A stretch of DNA of 64,000 nucleotides, taken from Gemmatimonadota bacterium. GTDB lineage: Bacteria > Gemmatimonadota > Gemmatimonadetes > Gemmatimonadales > Gemmatimonadaceae. The translations under genes and the position numbers were made by a program. The notes under the pieces are model-generated. The model made no database searches. It worked only from the letters and a program-made list of their open reading frames with translations, and was not told where the DNA came from. The number at the start of each line of letters is the position of its first letter. The stretch's first letter is position 1. Shown piece by piece: positions 30,810-39,209 of the stretch. The stretch is from assembly GCA_016719105.1 (NCBI GenBank), contig JADKAQ010000046.1, forward strand, positions 518,272-582,271, given 5' to 3'.

Positions 30810-31481
30810 ACCGACGCCCCATCACCGTGTTCCGATCCAACCTACGGCCCAACCGACAATCACTCGCCGAGTACTGATCTTCCTCCTCACCCAACCGACG
30901 CCAAAGCGCCGTGTCCCGATGAGCGACCGCACCTAACCGATGATCGCTCGCCTTGTTCTGATCATCCGAAACGCCGTATCGAGGCGCGCACCCCGTGCGC
31001 TGATCATCGGTCGCGCTCCACCGAAGAACGCGCGCCTCATATCGATGACCGGCCGCACCAGACCGACGATCGCTCGCCACGTTCTGATCGTCTGCAACGC
31101 CCAACCAACGTGAGCGCGCGGCGAACCGATCCTTTGTCACGACCTACAGGCTTTGGGTCACTTTGTACTGATCATCCGTCGCGCCCAATCGACGCGTGTT
31201 CGCGGCGTTCTGATGGCCCGTCACACGTGACCGACGAACGAGCGTCGCGTACCGGCCCTCTATCACCCCGAACTGAGGGTCTGCCACGCCACACCGGTGA
31301 ACGAGCGTCGCGCACCGCTCCTCTCTCACGTTCAACAGGCGACGGCGCGCCAACTGGTCATCATTCGTCGAGCCACATCGACGACAACGCAGCGCGAACA
31401 CATCCTCGCGCGAGCCCGACGCACGCGCACACGGCACATCTACATCCTCGCGCGAGACTCACCCGCGCTCACGCACGACAC
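30810..31481. repeat. degenerate 42-bp tandem repeat array, about 16 units
   Basis: Unit starts (ACCGAC-like) at 30810, 30852, 30894, 30936, 30978, 31020, 31062, 31104, 31146, 31188, 31230, 31272 and 31314, with CATCCTCGCGCGAG at 31401 and 31443. Best-matching units are 30936 and 31062 (ACCGAyGATCGCTCGCC...TTCTGATCrTC). There is a 21-bp sub-period and eight GATC sites. Confidence 0.85.
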
Positions 31482-31949
31482 TGACGTCAACCCGTCAGTT
31501 GACAGTCGATCGCGCGCGACACGCATTCGCGCCAACGTTCACAGAAGATCGACGCGGCACTTCGACCCGCGAATCGTCAGCGCGAACGAGCCCTCGCGAT
31601 TCGATCGACGACCGTCGCGCGATCGCTATCGCTCGCGCGTGTGCGATGGCACCGACCATCTCGCCCGATAACGCCTTCCGTACGGCACGCGGAAGTCGCG
31701 GCAAACGAACGCCGAGGCGCTATCCGCCGCCCACCATCCCCGGCCACAGTTCCTCCCCTGGCACGATCCCCCTGAGGAAGGCCGCCATCGGCAGCGCGGA
31801 AATCACCCCATCGCGCTCCGCCACCTCGGCGTCGGTGACGGCGATGAGGCGAGCCACCACGCGCTCTTCGTCGAGGACGGCTTTGGACGGCGTTTCCGTC
31901 CAAATCAAGCCGATGTGGACGGTACATCCGTCCAGATCCGGCTTCTTGG

Positions 31950-33029
31950 CTACTCGCCACCCCCCGCCACCTCCCACCGCGCCCCACGCCCCCGCCCAAG
32001 ACACCGCACCTTCCCCTCCCGCTCCAGCTCCTTCACCACCCGCCGCACCGCGACCATCGACGCCCCCGCGACTTCGGCGCCGATCTCGGTCAGCGCAAAC
32101 CGCTCCCGCCCCGGTCGCATGACAGCCACGCGCACCCGCTCGTCCACCGAACCGGCGTCGTCCAACGACAGCTCGCCCTGTGGCGTCTCACGCACGATGG
32201 ACGGTGGCGGTGCTGCGCGATGAGCCGCACACGCCACAAAGAAGCGGTGCGTCCACTGGTTGGCCAACTTGCGATTGCCGGCGAACACGATCGGCAGTCG
32301 AGGATGCATCACCGTGAGCTCGGCCAGCGCGCGAGCCACGAACGGGGCCGGCCAGCGCCCCTCCAGGCGCTTCTCGTCGATGAAGTCCGCGTACTGCGCC
32401 TCCACCACCAGCGCACTCCACGCGTACTGCCCCAGGTGCGCCAGCGCGTGGTGCAACGCCTGGATGGCGCCGAGGTCACCCAGCAGGTTGTCGAACGACT
32501 TGCGCTCGACCACGGCGGCAATGCGCTCTCCATCGAGCAGGGCGTAGTCGCCAGCGGGCAACTTGCGCGTGGTGACGGCCGCTCCCGGAAACTTCCACGC
32601 ATATCGCTCGCCGCTGTCGATCACCAGTTGCAGCTCGGCGTCGCCACCTCTCACCTCGAGGCGGGAGCGCGAGCGGTGGGAGCGGATCCCCGCCTCGGTG
32701 CGAAAGAAGACCTGTTCGTAGCTGCCGGGGCGATCGCGATACGGCTTGGCGATGAAGAGGAACTCGCAGCGCTTGCGCAGCGGGCGGTCGAGGACAATGG
32801 CCAGCTTGCGGCCGAGTTGCGTGCAACTGATGACGGGGACGCGTTCGACGAGCGTCATCGGCTCCTCCGGCTCGGAGCCGTCCTCACGCAGGCAGAAGAC
32901 CTGTTGTCCCGGTCCGGGCCACGCGGCGCTTGCGCGCACGGCGAGCAGGGTGCGCCCGTCTCGTTCGACCGCCACGCGGAAGGGGAAGCGGGGGTGGGTG
33001 GTGCGGTGCACGGTCCAGTGGGTGGTCAT
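31950..33029 (-). CDS. ERCC4 (XPF/Mus81-type) nuclease-domain protein with C-terminal winged-helix region
   Basis: 359 aa. LVIDSGERY ... LPAGDYALL ... AAVVERKSFDNLLGDL matches the ERCC4 signature (D-x-x-E / GDY / ERK-x3-D). C-terminus ASMVAVRRVVKELEREGKV looks wHTH-like. The N-terminal ~130 aa is unassigned. Confidence 0.75.
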   Translation of the reverse strand: MTTHWTVHRTTHPRFPFRVAVERDGRTLLAVRASAAWPGPGQQVFCLREDGSEPEEPMTLVERVPVISCTQLGRKLAIVLDRPLRKRCEFLFIAKPYRDRPGSYEQVFFRTEAGIRSHRSRSRLEVRGGDAELQLVIDSGERYAWKFPGAAVTTRKLPAGDYALLDGERIAAVVERKSFDNLLGDLGAIQALHHALAHLGQYAWSALVVEAQYADFIDEKRLEGRWPAPFVARALAELTVMHPRLPIVFAGNRKLANQWTHRFFVACAAHRAAPPPSIVRETPQGELSLDDAGSVDERVRVAVMRPGRERFALTEIGAEVAGASMVAVRRVVKELEREGKVRCLGRGRGARWEVAGGGE

Positions 33030-34249
33030 GCGTCGTGGTCCGAATGCCGTCGACGTGTTGCCCGGCGTGCACGTCCACTCTCGCCGACGGGCGGCAGGAC
33101 CTCGAGGACACGGGTCAGTGGAACGGCCTCGACCCGATCAGCGAGCGGGAAGACCTCCGTGCCTCCGTGCACGACATACAACCGATCGAGCCGCAGGTCG
33201 GCGAGGGCCGAGCGCATGGACGGCGTGAGCTTGGGCGACGAGGTCCGCTTGAACTCGACCCCCACTCGCGTCTCCCCGCGCACGACGAGCAGGTCGAGCT
33301 CTGCGCCGGCTTGTGTCCCCCAGAAGTAGGCCTCGCCTGGGCGCGCCTGCAACTGATCGAGCACGACGTCGAGCGCGAACCCTTCCCACGAGGCACCGAC
33401 CTTCGGGTGTGAGTCGAGCTGCGCGATCGACGTCACGCCCAGCAGGGAGTGGAGCACGCCGGCATCCCGGAGGTAGACCTTGGGCGCGCGCACCTGACGC
33501 TTGGCCAGGTTCTCGTGCCATGGCGGCAGCTGGCGCACCATGAAGGTCTCGGTGAGGACATCGAGATAGCGTTGCACCGTGGTGTGCGCGACGCCGAACG
33601 CCCGGGCGAGTTCGGACGCGTTCCATGTCTGCGCATGATAGTGCGCGATCATCGACCAGAAGCGACGAAGCGCGGGGGCCGGGACGCGCAGGCCGAACTG
33701 GGGAATGTCGCGTTCCAGGAACGTGCGGATGAATGCCTCGCGCCATTCAGCACTCGCGGCGTCAGTGCGGGCCAGGAATGCGCGCGGGAACCCTCCCCGC
33801 AGCCAGCGGCGCCCGAGCCGCGCGACCCCAACGTCCTGCAGCCGAAGCCCCGTCAGTTCGTGATATGCGATGCGGCCGGCCAGCGACTCGGCGCCCTGGC
33901 GCAGCAATTCGGGCGACGCACTCCCCAGCAGCAGGAACCGACGCTTGACCGCGGTGTCATCCGCGAGGACGCGGACGGTGTTGAACAGGTTGGGCGCGTG
34001 GTGGACTTCATCGATGACGACCAGTCCCCTGAGCTCCCGCAGGGCGAGCAGCGGATCGGCGAGCCGTGCGGCGTCGGCCGCACTCTCCAGATCGAACCAG
34101 GTGGATGGCCCTTTCCACGTAGCGACAAGCTGCCGCGCGAGGGTCGACTTCCCCACCTGCCTGGCACCCAGCACTCCGACGACCGGGAACTCGCGCAGGA
34201 GGGTCTTCACGCGGACGACGTCGGCCGGTCGATCCAGCAGTTTCGCCAT
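33026..34249 (-). CDS. AAA+ ATPase (COG1373 / DUF4143-type)
   Basis: Start ATG 34247-34249 (the ORF is open to TTG 34276). Walker A GARQVGKST, Walker B LVVIDEV. C-terminal architecture is typical of AAA_14+DUF4143 proteins. The stop overlaps the ERCC4 gene ATG (ATGA at 33026-33029). Confidence 0.8.
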   Translation of the reverse strand: MAKLLDRPADVVRVKTLLREFPVVGVLGARQVGKSTLARQLVATWKGPSTWFDLESAADAARLADPLLALRELRGLVVIDEVHHAPNLFNTVRVLADDTAVKRRFLLLGSASPELLRQGAESLAGRIAYHELTGLRLQDVGVARLGRRWLRGGFPRAFLARTDAASAEWREAFIRTFLERDIPQFGLRVPAPALRRFWSMIAHYHAQTWNASELARAFGVAHTTVQRYLDVLTETFMVRQLPPWHENLAKRQVRAPKVYLRDAGVLHSLLGVTSIAQLDSHPKVGASWEGFALDVVLDQLQARPGEAYFWGTQAGAELDLLVVRGETRVGVEFKRTSSPKLTPSMRSALADLRLDRLYVVHGGTEVFPLADRVEAVPLTRVLEVLPPVGESGRARRATRRRHSDHDA

Positions 34250-34447
34250 ATCGCAAATTGAGCGTGTGTCGCTCAATTTGCAAGGTACTGGCTTCTACTG
34301 CAACGGAGGATCCCTGCGGGTGCACCGACCCCGTCGGCGCCGCGGCCACGGCGATGCCAGACCCTTCTGAACCAGCAAGCGACCGTGCAGCGCCCGCTGC
34401 GTTTCTCTCGGGAACCGATACCTCCCTCGGCGCACCAACACGGCCTG

Positions 34448-35266
34448 CTACGACGCTCCCCCAAACATCCCCCACACCTCCCCCGCATCCCGCACCGTCA
34501 CCGCCTCCCACCCCTCCGCCGCAAAGCGCTCCCACTCCTCGCGCGTCGGATACGTGTAGTACGCGCCCCCCGGCTGCTCCGACACCGGCAGCGTCTCCCC
34601 GCGCAACACGCGCTGCGCCGCATCTCCCAATGCCGCGACCCCCGGCCCGTACACCTGCGCCACGTGCCAGAAGAGCGATCGTGATCGATCGACCGGCGTG
34701 CGCGTGGTCGTCACGATGGGCCCGGTATCGATGCTCCCGTCGGCGATGTAGTGCACGGTGCATCCGATCGTCTCATCGCCGTTGGCCAGCGCCCTGAAGG
34801 TCGCCAGCACCCCGCGATACGCCGGGAGTATCCCCGAGTGCAGATTCAGCACGCCGAGCGGCGGCATGGCGAGAAAGGCGGACTTGAAGATGGCGCCGTA
34901 GCGGATCGACACGCCAAGGTCCGGAGCCAGCGCGCGCACCCAGGCGAGCCCCTCGTCGTTGTTGGGAGTGGGGAGCGCGGTGACGGGAATACCGCGTCGG
35001 GTGGTCAGCTCGCGGAAGGTCAGGAGGCGCTTGCCGTCGTCCGGGAGGTTGGCGCGCTCGACGAGCGGAAAGATCTGCTCGAGCGGAATGCCCTGCTCGG
35101 CCTGGCGCAGCTCGCGGCGCTGGCGTGGTTCGTCGGCGTCGGCGCCGGGATTTCCGACGCGTTGGGTGAGGGCGATGGAGACGTCGTGCCCCGCCAGCGC
35201 CGGGAGGAGGCGGTTGATGGCGAGGCAGGAGAAGAGGTCGGCGTTGAGGCAGGCGAGGACGCGCAT
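34448..35266 (-). CDS. formyltransferase-family protein
   Basis: 272 aa. LNLHSGILPAYRG corresponds to the N-x-H-x-S-L-L-P-x-x-R-G formyl-transferase active-site block. Confidence 0.75.
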   Translation of the reverse strand: MRVLACLNADLFSCLAINRLLPALAGHDVSIALTQRVGNPGADADEPRQRRELRQAEQGIPLEQIFPLVERANLPDDGKRLLTFRELTTRRGIPVTALPTPNNDEGLAWVRALAPDLGVSIRYGAIFKSAFLAMPPLGVLNLHSGILPAYRGVLATFRALANGDETIGCTVHYIADGSIDTGPIVTTTRTPVDRSRSLFWHVAQVYGPGVAALGDAAQRVLRGETLPVSEQPGGAYYTYPTREEWERFAAEGWEAVTVRDAGEVWGMFGGAS

Positions 35267-35289
35267 GGCTGCAACGTAGCGACTACCGG

Positions 35290-36627
35290 GGGCGTGTCCG
35301 TTTTTCTGTGTATGAGCCGGTGACTCAGAGCTCGTTCGGCACGCGGTCGCCGAAGAGGAGCTTCAAGTGGGGCAGCGCGGCGCGCCACTGCTGGGCGGGT
35401 TTGGCGCGCCAGGTCTTCTGAATGTTCCGCAGCGCGAGGTACAGGAGCTTCGCCGCCGCGTCGTCGTTCGGGAAGTGCCCCCGCGCCTTGAGCGGCTTGC
35501 GCAACTGACTGTTCAAGCTCTCGATGGCGTTCGTCGTGTAGAGCACGCGGCGCACCGCGAGCGGATACGCGAGCGCCGGCGCGATGCGCGCCCAGTGCCG
35601 CTCCCAGATCGGCGCGATCTGCGGATAGCGCTGTCCGAGCGGCGTGCTCGCCAGGTGGGTGAGCGCCGCCCGCGCGCTCGTCTCGCTGGGCGCCTGATAG
35701 ATCGCCCGCAGCAGCGGGCACGAGCGCCTTCCGATCCTGGTAACTCACGTACTGCAGGCTCTGGCGCACGAGATGGACGACGCACTGGTGGATCACCGTC
35801 TGCGGAAAGACGGCGTGCAGGGCCTCTGGCAGCCCGGTGAGCCCGTCGATCAGCGCGATGAGGATGTCGCCCACGCCCCGGCTCTGCAGCTCGCTGAAGA
35901 CGCGGTGCCAGAAGGCCGCCCCTTCGGTCTGGGCGATCCAGAAGCCGAGGATCTCCTTCGTCCCGTCGGGCTGGACGCCTAACGCGAGGTAGACCGCCTT
36001 GTTCTGGACCAATCCCTCATCGCGGATCTTCACGCGCAACGCATCGAACGCCACCGCGATGTAGCGGGGCTCCAGCGGGCGCCCCTGCCACGTCTGCACC
36101 TCCTCGAGGACCTCGGCGGTCACGGTGCTGATCAGGTCCGGCGAGACCGGCACCTGATAGCGCTCCTCGAGGTACGCTTGCAGCTCGCGCACCGTGAGCC
36201 CGCGCGCATACAGCGCGAGCACCGTCTCGTCGAAGCCCGGCAGGCGCCGCACCCCCTTGGGGACAAACTGCGGCTGGAAGCTGCTCTGCCGGTCGCGCGG
36301 GATCGCCAGCTCGAGCGTCCCCGTGTCGGTCGTGATCGTCTTGGGCGTCGTCCCGTTGCGCGCGTTGCCATCGGGCGCGCGCCCGGCGCCCTCCGGGTAG
36401 CCGAGGTGCTGCGTGAGCTCGGCCTGTAGCACGCGCTCGGTCAACGCCTTCTGGAACTGCCGATAGATCGCCTGAAAGTCGGCCGGCGTCTGCACCGCCT
36501 GCGCCAACTGGTCGATCAGGCCCTCGGGGAGCACCGGGCCGTCGTCCGCTGCCTGCTTCGTCCGTCGTGCCATAACCACCTCCGGCTTCCTAGGTTATGG
36601 CTCATACACAGAAATTCTGACAGGCCC
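35290..36627 (-). mobile_element. IS256-family insertion sequence (1338 bp) with 29-bp imperfect IRs and 8-bp target-site duplication
   Basis: Left end GGGCGTGTCCGTTTTTCTGTGTATGAGCC (35290-35318) versus the reverse complement of the right end GGGCCTGTCAGAATTTCTGTGTATGAGCC (36599-36627): 25/29 identical. Flanked by ACTACCGG at 35282-35289 and 36628-36635. Confidence 0.9.
35325..36573 (-). pseudogene. IS256-family (Mutator-like) transposase, one frameshift as sequenced
   Basis: MARRTKQ...TPKTITTDTGTLELAIPRDRQSSFQPQFVPK...YLALGVQPDGTKEILGFW...IDGLTGLPEA...HQCVVHLVRQS, then after DRKALVP the frame switches (near 35708-35722) to LLRAIYQAPS...RRVLYTTNAIESLNSQLRK...FPNDDAA.KLLYLAL. Confidence 0.85.
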
Positions 36628-36677
36628 ACTACCGGCGAGCCGGCGGTCCGCCGCTCACACCCGTTAGACGCCCGGCC

Positions 36678-37916
36678 TCAGTTCCAGTTCACGATCGGCA
36701 ACCACCGCCGCCCCTTGGGATTGTTCCGCACGATGTTCACCACCCCAACCTGCACCCCGTGCAGGCTCCGCGCGTAGTTCACGATCCCGATCGTGAGCCC
36801 GCGCTGCGTCCCCTGGATGTAGTTGAACGACGAGACGCCAACCCCCCGCAACGTCCCCCCCTCGATCACCCGCACGGTCCCACCCGCGACCATCAGGCCG
36901 TGCAGCTGCTCCCCCCCGACCCCAAGCCCGCCAATCGAGACCCCCTCGATGCGCGACGCCCCCACCCCTAACCCACCGATGCTCAAGTACTTGAGCGTCC
37001 CGCCGCTGCCGACGCCGGCGCCACCGATGAAGATCCCGGTCAGGTCGCCACCGCCGCCTACCCCCACCCCACCAATCCCGATCCCCGAGAAGTTGCCGCC
37101 AAGCCCCGCGCCGATCCCGCCGATCAGGACCCCCTTTCCGCCGCCGCCAGCCGCTACCCCCAGCCCGCCGACCATGAGCCCGGCGACCTCGCCGCCGCTC
37201 CCGACGCCCAGGCCGCCGACCGCGATGCCGCGCACGTTGCCGGCGGCACCGATCCCCAGGCCACCGATGCCGATCCCACGGATGTCGCCGCCCGCCCCGG
37301 CACCGAGCCCGCCGATGACGGCACCGCGAATGTCGCCCGCCACTCCGGCCCCAGCGCCACCGATGATGATGCCGCGCCCCTCCCCACCAGCCCCGGCGCC
37401 GAGCCCGCCGATGATGATCCCCCGCAGGTCACCACCGGTCCCGGCGCCAAGCCCCCCAACCATGATGCCGCCGATCCGGTCGCCGGCGCCAAGCCCGAGG
37501 AGGCCGACGCCGATCCCGACGAGTTCACCGGTGGCCGAGATGCCGCCGCCCACCTGGATACCGTGCACATCCCGCCCGCCGGTGAGCGGGAGGCCGATGG
37601 CGAGGCCGGTAACGTCCCCCGCCCCACCCTGCTTGGGATCCCAAATAGTCGCGTTGATCCCGGTCGCTCGGCGGAGTCGGGTGTCGCGGAAGTTGAGCCG
37701 GATCCCGGTCCACTCCCGCGAATCGCCAATGCTGATCCCGGTCTTGTTGGCGCCGATGTTGAGGGCGCGGTCCCCGGTCTCGCGCGGGCGGCCACCGCTG
37801 GAGGAGTCGGCCTCCTGACTCAGGACGATGCGGGGCGAGAGGGCCAGGATGGTCGCGGCGGCCGCGATGGCGGCGGCGGCGATCAGGAGGGCGGGGAGCG
37901 AGCGGAGGCTCTTCAT
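36678..37916 (-). CDS. secreted glycine-rich tandem-repeat protein
   Basis: Signal peptide MKSLRSLPALLIAAAAIAAAATILA. About 20 copies of a ~16-aa unit such as GGLGAGAGGDIRGIGI / GGLGVGSGGEVAGLMV. Conserved non-repeat C-terminus GVQVGVVNIVRNNPKGRRWLPIVNWN. Confidence 0.75.
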   Translation of the reverse strand: MKSLRSLPALLIAAAAIAAAATILALSPRIVLSQEADSSSGGRPRETGDRALNIGANKTGISIGDSREWTGIRLNFRDTRLRRATGINATIWDPKQGGAGDVTGLAIGLPLTGGRDVHGIQVGGGISATGELVGIGVGLLGLGAGDRIGGIMVGGLGAGTGGDLRGIIIGGLGAGAGGEGRGIIIGGAGAGVAGDIRGAVIGGLGAGAGGDIRGIGIGGLGIGAAGNVRGIAVGGLGVGSGGEVAGLMVGGLGVAAGGGGKGVLIGGIGAGLGGNFSGIGIGGVGVGGGGDLTGIFIGGAGVGSGGTLKYLSIGGLGVGASRIEGVSIGGLGVGGEQLHGLMVAGGTVRVIEGGTLRGVGVSSFNYIQGTQRGLTIGIVNYARSLHGVQVGVVNIVRNNPKGRRWLPIVNWN

Positions 37917-38232
37917 ATAGACGCGAGGCTGGGGCGGAGCGGTGTATGCGGGCCTACGACGCCGAGGCTGTCGTTGGTTTCAGGGCCCGATTTCATCGAG
38001 AATCCCTCGCATCAACGGCTTTTCATGCATCTATTTGCATCGGGGGAAATGCTCGAAACCGGATCGGACCGGCTGCTGTTCACCCTCTGTGGTCCTGAAG
38101 ACCCCGCATGCGCCCGCGGCGGGTTCGAACGTGTCGTGGGCAAGGTTGGAGGCAAGACAGCATGGCGGCAGGCGATGTAGCACCCCCGCTCCCCTCCGGG
38201 GCGTGCATGAAGTCCCGCAGTCACAACCGGCG

Positions 38233-39204
38233 ATGGTGACGACCCGAGTCCCCCAGTGGCTTCGGCAGGCGCTGGTATTCTCCGGGGCCTGGCACGTGAT
38301 CCTCGGCGTCGCCATGGTCATCGCGCCGGGGGCCTTCTTTGCCCTGGCCCGCATCGCCCCGCTGAACTACCTCCCGGTCTGGCAGGGGGTCGGCGTGATG
38401 ACGGCGGTGATGGGGGTGGCCTACGCGATCGCCGCCCGCAACCCGCTGCGCTACTGGCCGGTGATCATGATCGGCTTCATCCCCAAGGTCCTGGGGCCGA
38501 TCGGCTACGCGGTGAGCCTGGTGCGCGGCACCCTCCCGCGCGCCTTCGGGACGCTGGTGATCATCCACGACCTGGTGTGGCTGGCCCCGTTCGCGATGCT
38601 GCTCTGGCTGGCAGTGCGTGACAATGCGGCGGGGGAGTACCCGCGCTCGACGTTCCGCGGGACGACGCGCGACGCGATGGCGAACGCGATCACGGACCTC
38701 GGCGAATCGCTCTTGCAACTGTCGGAGAGCGCACCGCGCCTGGTGATTTTCCTGCGCCACACGGGGTGTATCTTCTGTCGGGAGACGCTGGGCGACCTGC
38801 GGAAGCTGCAATCGGGGATCGAGGCGAAGGGGGTCAAGCTGGTCCTGGTACACATGGGGATGCCTGACGAGGGCGAGGAGCTGGCCGAGCGATATGGGCT
38901 GCGCGGGGTGGACATGATCGGCGATCCGTTGCGCGAGCTGTATCAGGCATTCCAGCTCCCGCAGGGGACGTTCGTGCAGCTCTTTGGCCCGAAGGTGGCG
39001 CTGCGCGGCTTCGTGGCCACGCTCAAGGGGCACATGCAGGGCTTCTTCCACGGCGACGCGTTGCAGCTCCCGGGAGCCTTCGTGGTCTCGCGCGGGGCCA
39101 TCCTGCGGGCGCACCGGCACGAGCACGTGGGCGACCATCCGGACTACATCGCCCTCGCCACCGGCGAGTGCGACCTGCCCACGCGCGGCAGTTCCGCGGC
39201 CTGA
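38233..39204 (+). CDS. membrane-anchored thioredoxin-fold (AhpC/TSA-like) protein
   Basis: Start ATG 38233. About 120 aa with four hydrophobic helices, then LVIFLRHTGCIFCRETL (CxxC) and a peroxiredoxin-like fold pattern. Confidence 0.65.
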   Translation: MVTTRVPQWLRQALVFSGAWHVILGVAMVIAPGAFFALARIAPLNYLPVWQGVGVMTAVMGVAYAIAARNPLRYWPVIMIGFIPKVLGPIGYAVSLVRGTLPRAFGTLVIIHDLVWLAPFAMLLWLAVRDNAAGEYPRSTFRGTTRDAMANAITDLGESLLQLSESAPRLVIFLRHTGCIFCRETLGDLRKLQSGIEAKGVKLVLVHMGMPDEGEELAERYGLRGVDMIGDPLRELYQAFQLPQGTFVQLFGPKVALRGFVATLKGHMQGFFHGDALQLPGAFVVSRGAILRAHRHEHVGDHPDYIALATGECDLPTRGSSAA

Positions 39205-39209
39205 GCGAC

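Noticed and set aside
30810-31481. CRISPR array interpretation of the 42-bp periodic region
   Set aside because: There is no alternation of identical repeats with unique spacers. The whole 42-bp unit is degenerate and self-similar with a 21-bp sub-period. There is no leader-like AT-rich region and there are no cas genes in the window.
30786-31484. 232-aa ORF (14-aa TD..P.SD repeats) as a confident protein gene; likewise 30691-31140 (-) and 31144-31437 (-)
   Set aside because: At least three frames stay open simply because the repeated unit lacks stops in them. There is no SD or signal peptide, and inter-unit substitutions are not biased to third positions. Coding is left unresolved and the region is reported only as a repeat.
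23883-34300. Search for an integrase, tRNA attachment site or flanking direct repeats defining the island
   Set aside because: I found no tyrosine or serine recombinase motifs, no tRNA-like sequence (no GGTTCGAATCC-type T-arm anywhere in the window) and no convincing direct repeats at the composition boundaries.
36823-37818. 331-aa Pro-rich ORF on the forward strand
   Set aside because: It is the exact mirror of the glycine-repeat gene (GGN codons read as NCC). It has no signal peptide or start context.
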